A DNA stretch of 64,000 nt from Marsupella aquatica (taxonomy: Eukaryota > Plantae > Marchantiophyta): contig OZ316892.1 in the NCBI GenBank assembly GCA_973895155.1, positions 4,734,510-4,798,509 on the forward strand. The letters are read 5' to 3'. The position numbers and the translations under genes were made by a program. The notes below the pieces were generated by a model. It worked only from the letters and a program-made list of their open reading frames with translations, made no database searches and was not told the DNA's origin. Within the stretch, counting starts at the first letter, position 1; each line of letters opens with the position of its first letter. This document shows positions 1 through 13,099 of the stretch, piece after piece.

Positions 1-2055
1 CACCAGAGAGCAAGTCCTGAGGTGGGCAGCCAGGAAGGCTGATTGGGACAAGAGAAGTGCCACTGATCGAGAACCTGAGGATCCAGTGGTGAAACACGGT
101 GTGAAAAGACAGACCTTGATGGACTTGGAGTTGGAGTACTGGAGGGTAATGTACTTAGCCTCCAGCCCCTGTATGATTGCAATTTTAGATTGGAGCAATG
201 GTGGATTGATGTTGGTTACAATCCTCCTATGTGGTTAATTAGTGTTTCTGTTGTTGAATTCTTTGCTTTGTGGAGTGCAAGAATTCGAGCCCAGCAAACA
301 CAATGTGGACGTCATGCACATTGAGAAAAATATTTGTGAGAGCTTGCTGAAGTTCTTGTCGGGTGAGAAAGATACAGGAGCAGTTCGAGCTGATATGCAA
401 CAGAAGGGGATTCGCCCTCACCTTTGGTTGAAGCCCCATGCAAGCAATCCCAATGTACTTCTCAAGTTCCAAGCTCCCTATGTGTGCACACAGGATGAAT
501 GGAAGACATTCTTGTATAGATTGAGCTGTCTGAAAGTGCCCTCTGGCTATGCTGGTGCCTTCAAGAAGCATATTACAAAGAATAAACTTGGCAGTATGAA
601 AACACATGACTACCATGTGTTGATGCAGCACATTCTGCCCCTATGCCTCAGAGGTCTCATGCAAAAACCAGTCCGTAATGTCATTCTTCGACTGTGCAAT
701 GTATTTCGCCGTATATGTGTGAAAGTGTGGGATCCCCAAGGATTGGAGCAGTTGAAGCAGGATGCTGCTTATGTCCTCTGTGACTTGGAGATATACTTCC
801 CCCCTGCTTTCTTTGATGTTATGACTCATCTCCTAATCCATGTGGTAGAAGAGCTAGGGCAGTATGGGCCAGTCAGTACCAGATGGATGTACCCTATGGA
901 GCGATACATGAAGTTGTTGAAAGGTCATGTGAGAACATACTATAGGCCAGAGGCTTCCATGGCATTGGGGTACATTAAGGATGAGACGTTGGGATTCCTA
1001 ACAGAGTACATGGCTGGGTCTGGTGAAGCTATGACAAGAGTTTGGAAATCTGGTGAAGATGATGGAGTGAGTGGCGAGGTTGTTGAAGGTGTGGGACGTG
1101 CTGTTCAGCTGCCTATTGCGATTCGAGACAAGGCTCATTCATATGTGCTGGCAAACACAGAGCCTATGCAACCATGGTGGAGGTGAGTGATTGAATTGAC
1201 TTGCCTTTGTTGTGATGCTTCTTGTCTGTTCCAAGGGTGATCTTAGGTTGTCATGTGTTGTTTAGACCTAACTATGCCTGTACCTCATATTGCAGGGAAT
1301 ATGATATGCAAAAAGCTGCACACTCTGGGCAGCAGGATCCCTTCCCACAGTTCGAGCAGTGGATTCGGGTGACAATTCGAGAGCATAGTAGACATCACCC
1401 AGATATGGAGAAGGATTTGTATCTTCTATCTGTGCCACCACGATTGTCTATTCTGACCTACAAACGGATGAGAGCTTATGGAAATCATTATCGAGTGAGG
1501 GATGAGCAGGGTGACCATTGTGTATCATATGATTGTGGTTTGATTTCTGTGTTTGAGCAGAGAACCTCTGAAGAACAGAGGGGGTGGATGAAGATGGGTT
1601 ACGTGGGGGAGTTGACCGACATTTGGGTGTTGAATTATGGTAACACAAGTGTCCCAGTGATATTGATGAAGGGATCATGGGTGAAATTAGAGTGGCAGAG
1701 ACCAAGGGCCATCATGAAGCGTGATCATGATGGGTTCTTGTTGGCCAATTTTAGGTCCAGAGTACCAGAATGGTATGAGCCTTTTGTTTTCCCTAGCCAA
1801 GTTGAACATGCTTTCTTTGCAGATGTGGAGGAGTCACATGGCTGGAGGGTGGTATGCCATAGCCAAGCACGGAATAGGCGGATGGATGGAAGTAAAGTAG
1901 AGTTCAGTTTGGATGACCATGCTGCATTCGAGCATCCTAGTCATGAGACTGTACTTCCAACTCGGGCAGGGACTGACTACATCCCCTTAACATTGAGAGA
2001 GACATATGATGAACCTGGGCAAATGGAATATGATGAGGTTGATGATTTGCAATAG
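1..2055 (+). CDS. CACTA Tnp2/TnpD transposase, C-terminal exons (DUF4218- and DUF4216-like)
   Basis: Motifs DVMHIEKNICESLL, GSMKTHDYHVLMQ, FPPAFFDVMTHL, WMYPMERYM, YVGELTDIW and EPFVFPSQV. GT-AG intron at 1183-1295. 5' part is outside the window. Confidence 0.9.
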
Positions 2056-2232
2056 GCAACAGCTGGCGATTGGCAAGTATGAGGTTGAGGATGACTACCT
2101 GCACAGAGTCACAGAACGGGAATTGCTGCCTGGAATGATGTTTAGGATAGTTGGATATGCATGAAATTGATTGATACTTTGAATTTAGTGTGCTGATTCT
2201 CCCTGTTTGGTTGTGGGTGCTGTGCAGAAGCT

Positions 2233-5200
2233 ATGGGGGAAGAGGGTGATGACATGGAGACAGACATGGGGCTTGGAGAGTGGGGTGAAGAGGAAAGATT
2301 GGATATGGATGGAGACCCAGATGCAGGGGGGCTCACAGAAAATGCACCTATGCAGGATGCACAGGGCCCTCATCAAGTCCCAGGTAGGTGGGCAGCTAGA
2401 GAGAAATCACATAATCCATACCCTAGAAGGAGCCAGAGTTATTGGCAAGGGACGCCTGATAATTATGATGATGACTATGATGGAGCAGAAGATGGATGGG
2501 ATGAATATGAACACCCAGAGCGTGGTAGAGACGGGTACAGAGGGCAATGGAAAGGTGAGGAGGATGATTGGACAAGTAAGTGCCTTGTGCTAGTGATTTT
2601 GTGATGGTAGTAGAGATTTAGCTCAATATGGACTTATCTGATGTGTAGCTAGGGCAAAGAGTTTATCTTACAGGTCCATGAGTGTGGCATGTACCTGTTG
2701 GTATGCAGACTCTGATTGGGACAATCACGAAAACAACAAAGGCCATCCACGTTCAGATAGGCGGCAATCATTCACAGGCGGGAGAAACGGCCCTAATTCA
2801 TCAAGACAAAGCAATAGGACAGGTGGTCCAGAACCATCTATGCGCCAAGGGAGAGGTAACTTGGTCATTGCAGAATTGCTCTGAAGTCCAGTGTATATTT
2901 GGCAGCAGGATTTATGATTCATACTTACCTAATGTAAGTGACTGTAAATGGATCCTGTAAATGTGCAGGGACTCCAGGGAGGTTTGGACAATGCAATCCA
3001 GGCCGTGGGGGGAGATCAGGCCGTGGAGGGACCCCAGGCCGTGGGGGGACACCAGGCCGTGGAGGGACACCTAGTAGCGCTTCAGGGAGTACCAAGGCAG
3101 GAGACAGTAACAAATTTGGTAAAGTAGAAGTGAATTCCGAAGGTTGGATAACTCCCACATGTGATGGTAAGAACCGTTGGCATTCTGACCTAAGAGGAGA
3201 AGTATTGCGTTGGTTAGATTTGAGCATTACAGAGTTTAGGAGTCAGAACAAAGCTGATTGGGCTGCTATCTGCAAGGACATTCTTGAACGGTGGGACTAT
3301 GTTGGTAATGATGGTAAGGGCCCAGTTGAAGATTGCATATCAGATTATGCAATGAGGATTTTGAAACAAGAGAGGCATAGGTTGAAAAGGATGTGGATAG
3401 ACAATGGTTCTAACAGGAGAATGCCACCACCCCCATCATTGGAACTGGATCAATGGACACGGTTAATCAAAGGGTTCATGTCGGAGGCTGGACAGAGCAA
3501 GAGTGAACTGATGTCAAATGCTCGAGGCAAAGTGAAACACCTTTCACAGGCTGGGAGAGGAAGTTATGCTCCAGTGAAAGAACAATTGGTAAGGCAGTGA
3601 CATGCCTGATAGTAAGCCTCAAACTTATCATCTTGCTACCATTATTACATTTTCATTGACAATCAACACTTGGTTTCATTCATATGTATGTTGATGTGGA
3701 CTGCAGAAGAAATTGACAGGTGAAGAACCATCAGCACAAGAAGTGAGAGAGGAGTTCATGAAACAAAGGAGTGAGGTGACAAGTGTGACTTCCAAACAGG
3801 TGATTATGTTGTAATTCTGTATGTTCTGTGACTATTTGGCCTTGAGCATCAGAAAGAAATATAGTAGGAAGTAAGCAACCAGTTCTTGGGGACAGTTATC
3901 TGAGATATGTAAGCTGTGTTATGACAGGGAACTGTTACAACTCTCACAGAGATGTGTGAACAGTTGAAGTCATTAGAGTGTGGACTCCCTCGAGTGGAAA
4001 GTAAATTGGCTGATCGTTTGGATATTGTGGAGGCATCTGTAGCGAACCTTCTTGCATCAATGGAATCTAATTTCAAGCTTGTGATTGAAAAATTGGGTGG
4101 TTCCCAACCAAACAATGAGGGCAACATTGTACAAAGTGTGCCCTTGTTAACAAAAAAGGGAATTGGCAAATCTGACACAGGTATGGAAATGACACCGGCC
4201 CATTGTTCATTGTGTCCTATGTTCAAATGTTAGAAGTAAGTTTTCATGAATTGAGTGAATGGTTTGAATGCAGGAAGAGTGGAGGCAGAGAAGGACCCTG
4301 TAATCAGTAAGCAGAAGGGCAAGAAGGTTGCTGAGACAGGTAACCTGCTATGATCCAGTACATTACATTTGAAAAGTTCATGGAGTTTTGTGAAGCTTAA
4401 GCCGGTTGGAGGTAATCTTTTCTGTAAGAACTGGTTGGATGAACTGGGATCTGAAGTGACATCATGATTGATGTATCAGGTGATTCAAAGAGCAATAATG
4501 AAGAAGATGTGCCCAGTGCCTCAGTGACCATAGCCAAGGAGGTATCAGGTAAGCTGATGCTTTAAATTCCTCTATATGAATGTTGAGCAACAATTCAGTG
4601 GTTAATAGATTCAACCTGAATATTGTGGTGTGTTTATTGATCAACAGAAGCAGACATGGAGCATATGGCAATGGCAAAGAAGGGGAAGAAGGCTGTTCAT
4701 AATGGTAAGGAGATAGTGACAACTTTGTGGTTGGTGACATGTACATTTAGCACATGTGATGAGTGATTGACTTATGTTGGACATGACACTGAATTGTAGT
4801 TGATTCAGAGTTGACAGACTCTCAACCAAGTGGGAGTAGGGTGAAGCGACGTCGAAACTTGGGAGCAACATTGGATGCAAGTAAGATTGTAGATGCTTCA
4901 ATTGAAGCAAGTACAATGTTGGCAGATACTGAGATGATGTCGCAGGGAAATCCTGCTACACAATCAGAAGTGTCAAATATGGATGCAGATTCTTTGAAGA
5001 AGAGTGTAGCGAATTCTCGATCACCAGCACAAAACACTCGTGCCAAAGTCATGACTCGCAACCAAGGTATGAATAATGTCATGTATAAGCCACCCAAGAA
5101 AGCCAAGAAAAACAGCCAGGGTAAGGTGGAGGTGATAGCCACAGCAGAGCCAGTCCATAATCTTCTATCATGGGAGGATGACTCGCAGGTATGTGTGGGT

Positions 5201-5404
5201 ACAGGCATTTTGCGACCGGATCATGCAAAATTCCATGGCAAAGTGGTCCCGAATGACCATGTAGTAGTGTTGTTGACTACAGTGATTGTATCTGATTGTA
5301 ATTTGCCATTTCCGAATAGAGACGATGATCCACCTCAGGAAATAATTGCAGATGCAGTAGGATCTCTTGTGCTCTGGCCATCAGAGTGTGTTAGTCTGCA
5401 GTGA
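2233..5404 (+). CDS. CACTA second gene (TnpA/ORF2-like, multi-exon; boundaries approximate)
   Basis: ORF 2938-3600 resembles the Ptta/En-Spm domain (ERHRLKRMW..PPP..QWTRLI..SNARGKVK..GRGSY). ORF 4811-5404 ends in a Tnp1-like C-terminus (VGTG..FHGKVVP..LPFP..AVGSLVLWP). Short exons with GT-AG borders lie between. An 18-bp repeat x4 at ~2998-3072 encodes PGRGG(T/R). Confidence 0.75.
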
Positions 5405-6230
5405 CTGAATGCAAGTGTAGATAGAATCATGTGAATTGTGTCACATTTTGACATTGCCTTGGAAAGATCCAAGAAATATTTGTACCAATTTTTCCATTTG
5501 GTAAAGAGGATGAAGGAGACGTTGTGTGTGACATTGATATTTCTGAATTCTGTATGTATGAAACAAGTGATTGATGTCAAACTATGGCTCTATGGTGATT
5601 GTCTATGATACTTGAATCTATTTTATCATTTCAGTATTAGTGTGTATGGTATAGAGGAATACTTTGTGACCTTCTTTGTAGTCTATGAAGTTTGAATCTG
5701 TGAATTCATATTAGTGTACATGGTATAGAAGATGGCTTTCTGAAACTATGTATTCTAATGTTAACATGATGAATGGTGAATTTATAGAGTGAGTTCATTC
5801 CAAGTACACAATAAAACATGAATGCAATATGTTATTTGTGCACAAGAGTGGGTTCATTCCAAGTAGTATAGTGGGGTCTTCATCACTCATATCCAGTTGA
5901 CATGAAAGACTTATACATACCCCACAAAGTATATTTAAAGACTACCCTCCATAACCTTTTTAGTCGTTCCCAACGACTCATCATCGCAGCCCATAAAAGA
6001 CTGAAAATGACTCACCAAAGCTACCCACACAAAGACTAAAATAGACTGAAAATCCAGTCTATTAAATGACTTATAAACCAGTTCTATAAAGGACTCAGTT
6101 GATTATAGTAACAAAACATACGACTCGCAGTCCTATAAAGGACTAGAGTCCTTTCCAGTCGTTTCCAAGTCCTATACGGTACTGAATAGTCGTTTAATGG
6201 GGTCTAAATACCCCCCGGTTTCTACTAGTG

Positions 6231-7210
6231 AACAATATACGCCCCAAATGCCACTTGAAACTTACTCAGCCTCAACCTACACATACACACTGACATGATA
6301 AATGCACAGGAAGTGCTACATATTATCGCCAAAACACCCAATGGAAATGAAGTTAAAGGTGACTCGCTCACATCTACTTGCAGCAATCACACCTGCCAGA
6401 ATCAAACTTGATCGAAGGCCCACAAGCAACAGAGACTGCACCACGACCAAAGAGGGGATGCCCACCAAGGGCAACCGATCGCCAACCACACCAAAGAAGA
6501 CCTACTGCCACAACAACTCAAGAACAGCCATCAACAACAACTTACTATATTAACCCAACCAACCAGAAATACCAAGAACAATGAAATTGTCATAAACTAC
6601 CAACCGGGCTACCAACAAACGGGACAAGTTTGGGATCGGGAAAACACCCATATAGATGACCAATTTGCATTGCACATTTCACAGGTACTGGACGAAGCTC
6701 CCCCAAAGTTAATAAAACGAGTGGAATACCATGGTAAGGGGGAGCATACAAGACACAAATTAATTCAGAAAAGTGAAGGACCCTTTGGCTATACTGATGT
6801 TGCATCTGTGCTACACCGCACATCACGAGATATTGCCATGAAAGAACCAATACCGGACCCAAAGGCTATGAAGGCCCATATCCGCTTTGTAGTCCAAGTG
6901 CTCCGCTCCATGTAAGACAAACAAAGCGGCCGCACATGGTACCCACGATTTAAGACAATGCTCACCATGGGATTTCAAAACTCTTAAATTGCACCCTGCC
7001 TATTTATCAAGAGAGAAGGCAGCAAGTTCATCATAAAAACAATATATGTGGACGATCTAAACTTATTTGGCACTGACGGGGGCACTGACAAAATCATGGT
7101 GGAAACAATACAATTGCTCAAAAGAGTTTTTGAGATGAGGGACCTAGGCAGGACTACATTCTGCTAGGACTACAATTCGAGCACCTAAAGGAAGGAATAC
7201 TCCTCCACCC
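6231..7210 (+). pseudogene. Decayed Bianca-type Ty1/Copia pol fragment (end of integrase to RT)
   Basis: Broken frames read KVTRSHLLAAITPARI, PRPKRG, KQSGRTWY, IAPCLFIKR..IYVDDLNLFG and FEMRDLG. These are collinear with the intact pol at 43975-47367 but have stops and deletions. Confidence 0.85.
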
Positions 7211-8927
7211 CTTTTTACCTCCTATGCCACGATGTAGAATCTCGTGACGCGCAACCCACAAAACAATCATTTTACGACACTCAATAGGTTTGAAACCCCT
7301 TCAAAATGTAGTTGTGTCTGAAAACATATCTGGGTAGCCCTTCTCTTCTTGATCGCAACCCTGAAAACCATTGAAAACAAAGATCAAATGGCTCGGATAC
7401 GGTCATTCAAGTTTTTATGGTAATCGGAGCACCGTCCCCTTCCGTTGTGCCCGTACAACACAAGGGGGGCCCGGATTCTCCCAAAATAGTGATCCCCACC
7501 TTTGTTGCTACTTCCTACACCTTTGAGAAAAATTGGATCCTTGGCTCCCTATTGGACGTCTATACGTCTCCAAAATTGGAAAATTATTGTCAAACACACA
7601 ACTTACCATATCTTTACCATCTGAACTTTTTTTTTGCTGTGTCACCAAGTGTGTCACATCTTGTTGGCAGTTTGGCGAGCTCTTTCCAACCAGCTCCTAG
7701 TGAGGTCAATATGAGCTGGTTAAAAATCAATGTTTGTACGACCAAGGTCCGTACACCCGTTGAAAGCAAACACAATAGGGAAAGGGTGGGAACCCCACAA
7801 TGAGAAATGGGAAGGAAAAAAGTGTGGGAATCCCTTCCATGGTGTGGGGAAGGAGAATTGTGGGAACCCCACAAAGTGTGAAGGGAAGGAAAGCAAAACA
7901 AATGTGAGAACCACTCAAAGGGTGAGAGAGGAAAAGGGAATGCAAATGTGTGAACCCCTTACTTTCTTCTTAGGGTCATCCCATCATCATTCCTAGATTG
8001 CCTAGTTTTGCTATTTTATGGGCATTGAGGTTTCTCAAGCTTCTGTTGTTTGATACAAACTTGAACTCAACTAGGGAACCCCAGTTTTGCATGGGGCTCA
8101 TTGGGAGCTTCAAAAAGAGTCCAAACATGACCATGTTTGGACTAGTGCTAGCACAGCAACGCTTGTTTAAAATTATAATGTTTTCTATACAGGAGAAATT
8201 TTTCTCATTTTGCGCCTTGTGTGGAGCCTCCGGCTAGTCCTTCCCCGAGTCCTTCACCAAAAGAATGCCTACACCTTGACCTCCAATTCTTGGATTCATT
8301 CAATGGCTTCAATTCCACCGTGGGATCAAATTCCTCTCTCTACTCCAGTTCCCGGTTACCGCATCCACTTATTAGAGATAACACAAAAAAATCTAATCAC
8401 TTTCAAGATACCGCTTTGTCTTTCAGCTTATCTTACTATAAATGCGCCAACTGAAGTCTACTTTTAAGAGCCTAGGTCTAGAGTGAAACCTCTAGACCGT
8501 AACTCCATGGCCATCATGTGCATGGAAAAACTCATGTGTATGTGAAAAACTCATGACTATGATGTATATCAAGTGGCGTGTGAAAAAATTTTGTGATAAT
8601 TTTTAGGTATTTCCAAGGAAAAAATGGCAAGTATGGCCCCACCACAACATACGTGCATAGAAAGAAAGATGTGCATAGAGAGGAGAATGGTATATTATAT
8701 ATGACTATTAAAATGATGTGTTTTTATCATTTCATTTAGTTCAAAGAACCGGTAGTCAGGGCTAGTATATACTATTATAAGTTGGTACTAAGTTACTACT
8801 GTTTTTTTGCAAACGGTGACCTTGTCACATGTTTTTCTGACTTGTCAATGTTTTCTCAAATCTTGATAAATGATCAATTTTAATATGAAATCAAAGTTTA
8901 TAGAGCTAGATGTGTACATGTGAGTCC

Positions 8928-9103
8928 AGTCCCAAAGCAGAACTTACAGTATAGTATTCTATGCGTAGAATTTCTGAATTTTATCATGAGATATACTTTG
9001 TATCCTAAGGTGCGGTACAAAGTCCCAAAGCAGAACAAAATCGTATTCTATGCGTAGAAATTCTGAATTTTATCATGAGATATACTTTGTATCCTAAGGT
9101 GCG
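8928..9103. repeat. Tandem duplication, 2 copies 93 bp apart
   Basis: AGTCCCAAAGCAGAAC...TATCCTAAGGTGCG starts at 8928 and again at 9021. Confidence 0.9.
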
Positions 9104-9134
9104 ATACTTGAAGACGATAAATTTTTGCTTTCAG

Positions 9135-9479
9135 TCAAGGGATGCCAAAAATGAGTACCCTCATTGCCAACATCTGTAAAGAAAGAGATTCACAACCAGC
9201 CTTTATGGCAGTAAACCATGTCCTTCTAGGTACTTCACGATCAAATTCATCAAAGTCAAGGGTAGAGTCATTTGGTCGAGGAGTAGCGTTGTATCCATCT
9301 TTGTAAGGCTGGCGGCATATTTCGGAGATAGCATCCCCTTTTTTGTTGCACCAACGCTGGACACAACTTTGGTGGGCGTACTTCATGCTACCTGAGCAAA
9401 AACATGGACTCTCCAGGCTGTTCAGGTTGTCCTTGTCGTAACAAAGTCGGCAATTGGCCATATACTCCTGTCTAGTCAT
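9135..9479 (-). CDS. Short intronless RINGv (RING-CH/MARCH-like) E3 ligase fragment, possibly a pseudogene
   Basis: CRLC..LESPCFCSGSMKYAHQSCVQRWCNKKGDAISEICRQPY fits the plant RINGv pattern, but the 7th metal-ligand Cys is Ser. No C-terminal TM region is evident. ATG at 9479. Confidence 0.7.
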   Translation of the reverse strand: MTRQEYMANCRLCYDKDNLNSLESPCFCSGSMKYAHQSCVQRWCNKKGDAISEICRQPYKDGYNATPRPNDSTLDFDEFDREVPRRTWFTAIKAGCESLSLQMLAMRVLIFGIP

Positions 9480-9681
9480 AATACCCAAGCGGATGTACTC
9501 TACAATATCTTTCTATGTATTGATTGTCAATATCTATATACAATCAGTTCCTTATTTCCTCTCTAACATCAATAGACAGAGACAAAGGGACATAGCTAGG
9601 TAAAGAGCTGACAGGGTGAGCGCGCGAGCAAAGACGCCCCGATCTGGAGAGTGATCAAGAAGAAATTCAGGCAAGAGGTCC

Positions 9682-9692
9682 TTATATATATA
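9682..9692 (-). promoter_or_regulatory. Candidate TATA box of the RINGv ORF
   Basis: TATATATATAA on the minus strand, about 200 bp upstream of the ATG. It could also be a short (TA)n microsatellite. Confidence 0.35.
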
Positions 9693-9817
9693 CACTGTAG
9701 TAGCGGACAGAAACTAAAAGATATGACAGGTAGGAGGACGTGGTACTGATGGACGACAGATCAATTTAACCTTCCGCTAGTCTCCTTTGTAGTACTCTGA
9801 CAAATGACAGGAAGTTG

Positions 9818-10139
9818 CACTGACCAATTAATTGGCTAGGGGATTTGCCTGAACTGAGAGGTCCCAAGTTCAATCCCCCCTCCACACACTGGGGTGTGGA
9901 GGGTATATGTGTGTGGGTGGGATGGGTTTTGTGGATAGTGGATTGGAGTTTTGATTATCTGCTCGGCCCCTGGTTGCCCACTTTGTGGCCCTGATGTAAT
10001 CCTGTCTCCTTCCTGGTGCGGGTACCTGTCGGATCCGTTGGGGCTCACCCTGGTCTGGGTTCCCTACAGAAAAACTGTCACATTGGGGTGGCGGGAGTCT
10101 AATTGTATTTCCTCCCCATTTCCGTTCAAGACAAAAAAA
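9818..10139 (+). mobile_element. tRNA-derived SINE (~320 bp)
   Basis: B-box/T-loop-like GTTCAATCCC at 9868 and a weak A-box-like motif at ~9821-9835. A-tail at ~10133-10139. 9-bp TSD AGGAAGTTG at 9809-9817 and 10140-10148. Confidence 0.8.
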
Positions 10140-11614
10140 AGGAAGTTGACTGTTGAGACATGAATGATGCCACAGACTCACCCGTAATATAGAACAATTG
10201 ATTGACGGCAGAATGTCTCTTGCATAATTCACAAGTCAGTCAAAATTATGGACATCATAAAACCCAAAGACTAAGCCAAGTTAGACAAACTAGAATGGTA
10301 CGTAATACTAGTAGAAACCCGAGTTCTCTGACACATACACAGATATTGTCGTAAAAAATCTACAGTCCTTTATTGTAAAAATGTTTTCAACCAAGGCTAC
10401 CCCGGGCACCTAAATTCTAAGAGAGGGCAATTAATTATTCAGTCTGTTATTTGTGGGCAGTTGAGCAGGGGAACAAGAATTAATCTACTGCCCTCGGGAC
10501 CCCAATAACCAGTCTACTGCCATCAGCACCCCCAAAATTACTCTCGATCGTGCATTAATTAATTTTGATGGCAAGAGATGGTCTTCTGTATTCGTCTACT
10601 CTTTGTGTAAGGGAAGTATTGTACAGTCTCAGACAAACTGGTCTTGGAATCATGTGATGGCTGCCTCAATCAACAAAAGTTCTAACAACTTTTAACTACA
10701 TTGCCACTAAAGTTGTGGCTTATTACAATACTGCCACGGTTTTTACACTATTTGTAATACTGCCACGGTTTTTGTATTGACGTAACTAAACTGGGACCAA
10801 GGTTAACCTAGGTTAGTCTCCGTCCTGGGGAGGACACGTTTTTCCCCCCTGTGCATTCCGTTACAACTATCCGTCCCTTGAATACTGAACCATCGCAGTT
10901 TGACACCACTATGTGAACCTTCCAATATAGGGCCTGCTGTAGTCCATGTACGGGAAAGTGTGCGTTTGTCGATCAGCTTTGTGCGGGAAAGAAAATTGTG
11001 TGTGTTTGCTTTGTGCGTAGAAAGGTCAGCTGGGCAGTAGAGTTGCGTTGGCGAAGGCAGCTCATCTATCAACTCCTCCATCAACTCCCCACATGGGAAG
11101 GTCATCCATCCACTCTCCACACATTGATAGTTGCAGGCAGCGGAGTTGCGTTGGCAAAGGCGAAGCTCATCCATCGATTCCCCGTGCACATCTACAGTTG
11201 CAGGTAGCTAGCGGAGTCAAGGGTGAAGTTTTGCACACTGTGGTACTTTGTTGTGTTTGCATATTTACTTCATTGCACTATGAAGTATCTTCGCAGCGCC
11301 CCTGTTTGCCATGTGTTGTTCTTGCTACAGAAGCGAAAGTTGTTGTTTCATCATCGAACCTTAGTTTGTGGCCACCAAATAATCACATAATGAAGATTAG
11401 ACTCACTGCCGAAGGCAAAGTGAAGCCAATAGCATGATCACAACCATCAACGCAGCTTTTTGTGGACTTCGGTTAAAAAAGTTCAGAACATTGTATTCTA
11501 TGTACGTAAGCCTTTGTATGTCTAATGTAGGATTGAATTGAATCAATCGTTTTTGCAATGTAGTCTCTGAAAACTGAGCGATTCCAGTTCATGTAATTTT
11601 CAGTAATTAAAACA

Positions 11615-12380
11615 ATGGCAACTGCATCTTCAAGACCGTGGGGCAAGCTTGCTAAGGTTAAAGTTTACAATCCGGTGAAAGAGACTATCACTTCATTGCG
11701 AAAACGGATTGATCCTGCTTTCAAGCCTTTGTGGGATAGGTATTCTAGCTGCGCCCAACCTGAGTTAAATCAATTTGATTGATGATGACACATTAATTCT
11801 GCAAGACGTGCACTCTCTGCATCTTGTAGTGTGAAATGTCATAATTTTTGGACCCCTAATATTTTCCATGTGCTTCCTTTTCAGAGTTCCAGTGTCCAAT
11901 TTTGTTGAATCCTGTTGTTTCGCTTCTCTAGCTATGGCAGGGTACATACAAGAGTATCACACATTTATTGCCAATCCAAAGTGGAAATGGAAGCTTGTAG
12001 AGGCCAATCGGGTGGACATGAACAGGGCCTAGGTACGCCCTACTCCATTTGAGTTTTGGGCAGTGGAGGACAGTGACAACATTGGGCGGACATATGTTTT
12101 CCGATTTGATGATTGTCAAATCGGTCAACAGCAGAAAATCCAAATTGGGAATCCGAAGGAGATTGCACTGGAAGGGAAGGCATTTCGAGATGGAGACCTT
12201 TGCTACTGTTTTCAAGAGGAGGTTGACTGTCTCCTCATCACAGAGTTGTTCTATTTGGAGACTATTGCTGGCAAGAAAGGATTTGTTGTCTATGGCACTT
12301 ACAAGTGGCTGCCTCATAATCTAGTAGGTGTGCATTATTTCCATGAGCAGCTAGGGAGCTTTAAGGTGTATGATAAGTAG
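11615..12380 (+). pseudogene. MULE accessory gene convergent with the transposase; last segment weakly BAH-like
   Basis: ATG at 11615 (MATASSRPWGK...WDR|gt), then a segment from ~11885, then ORF 12063-12380 (LEGKAFRDGDLCYC..LLITELFYLE..GFVVYGTYKWLP). The gene model and domain call are tentative. Confidence 0.35.
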
Positions 12381-13099
12381 TCTTCCAGCTAGGGACTTCA
12401 CTTTTGAGGATCTGCAGTTTAGCTATCAGAAAAACTTGTCAGTACCTAAGTTGTCCTTATATACTTCAGCCAGATTTTTGGTATCAGAGTGGCTTCTCTG
12501 GCTTGAAGGAGACTTACGATACTGTCTAGTGCAGTGTCTCTTTTACTGCTTTTCTTCACTTAGTGACACGATCACGGATTCGTGTCCCAATATGTTTTTG
12601 AACTTGTCTAAATATAAGCGCTATTACTCATTGTATATATGTCTGATCGAGGATAGCCTAAATGGCACTAACTTCTCTATATATATATATATATTGCAGT
12701 GTGAAATGTCAACCGTCTCTCATGCTTGTCATCTTTAGCATTCTGGTTTAGTTCATACTCGCAGTACATACATTATATTCAATTGTTACAAAGGAACTTG
12801 GTACTTAAGGGAGTCCACAAGCTATATTCGTCTAGTAATGAAGTACAGCCAAATCTGACCGGCAAACTGCAAACCATTCCTTCACTTAAATGAATACAAA
12901 CTTTCAAGGAAGCAGGAGGTGCATGTAGCCTGCATCGTGACCTATGCTGTCATTTGTTAATATGTAAATGAAAAGGTCCACACAAATTTTGCAGCCAACA
13001 TTCAGACTTCATATAAAACTTACAATGATTGCCATCCAAGCCAGAGAGAGTCATCGAACACGGACATGTATTGCTGGAACTTGTGGATACATGCATTGT

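Larger units (their letters stand above)
1..6230 (+). mobile_element. CACTA (En/Spm) DNA transposon, 3' part; 5' end lies outside the window
   Basis: Tnp2-type transposase ORFs followed by a TnpA-like gene. The element ends in CCCCCCGGTTTCTACTAGTG (6211-6230), the reverse complement of a CACTA terminus. GACT-rich subterminal repeats at ~5900-6200. Copia sequence starts at 6231. Confidence 0.93.

Noticed and set aside
7211-8520. Possible solo LTR or other repeat after the Copia remnant
   Set aside because: No consistent TG..CA boundaries with a TSD, and no coding similarity recognised.
10306-10321. TACTAGTAGAAACCCG resembles the CACTA terminus seen at 6215-6230
   Set aside because: The first base differs, and I found no matching opposite end, TSD or subterminal repeats.
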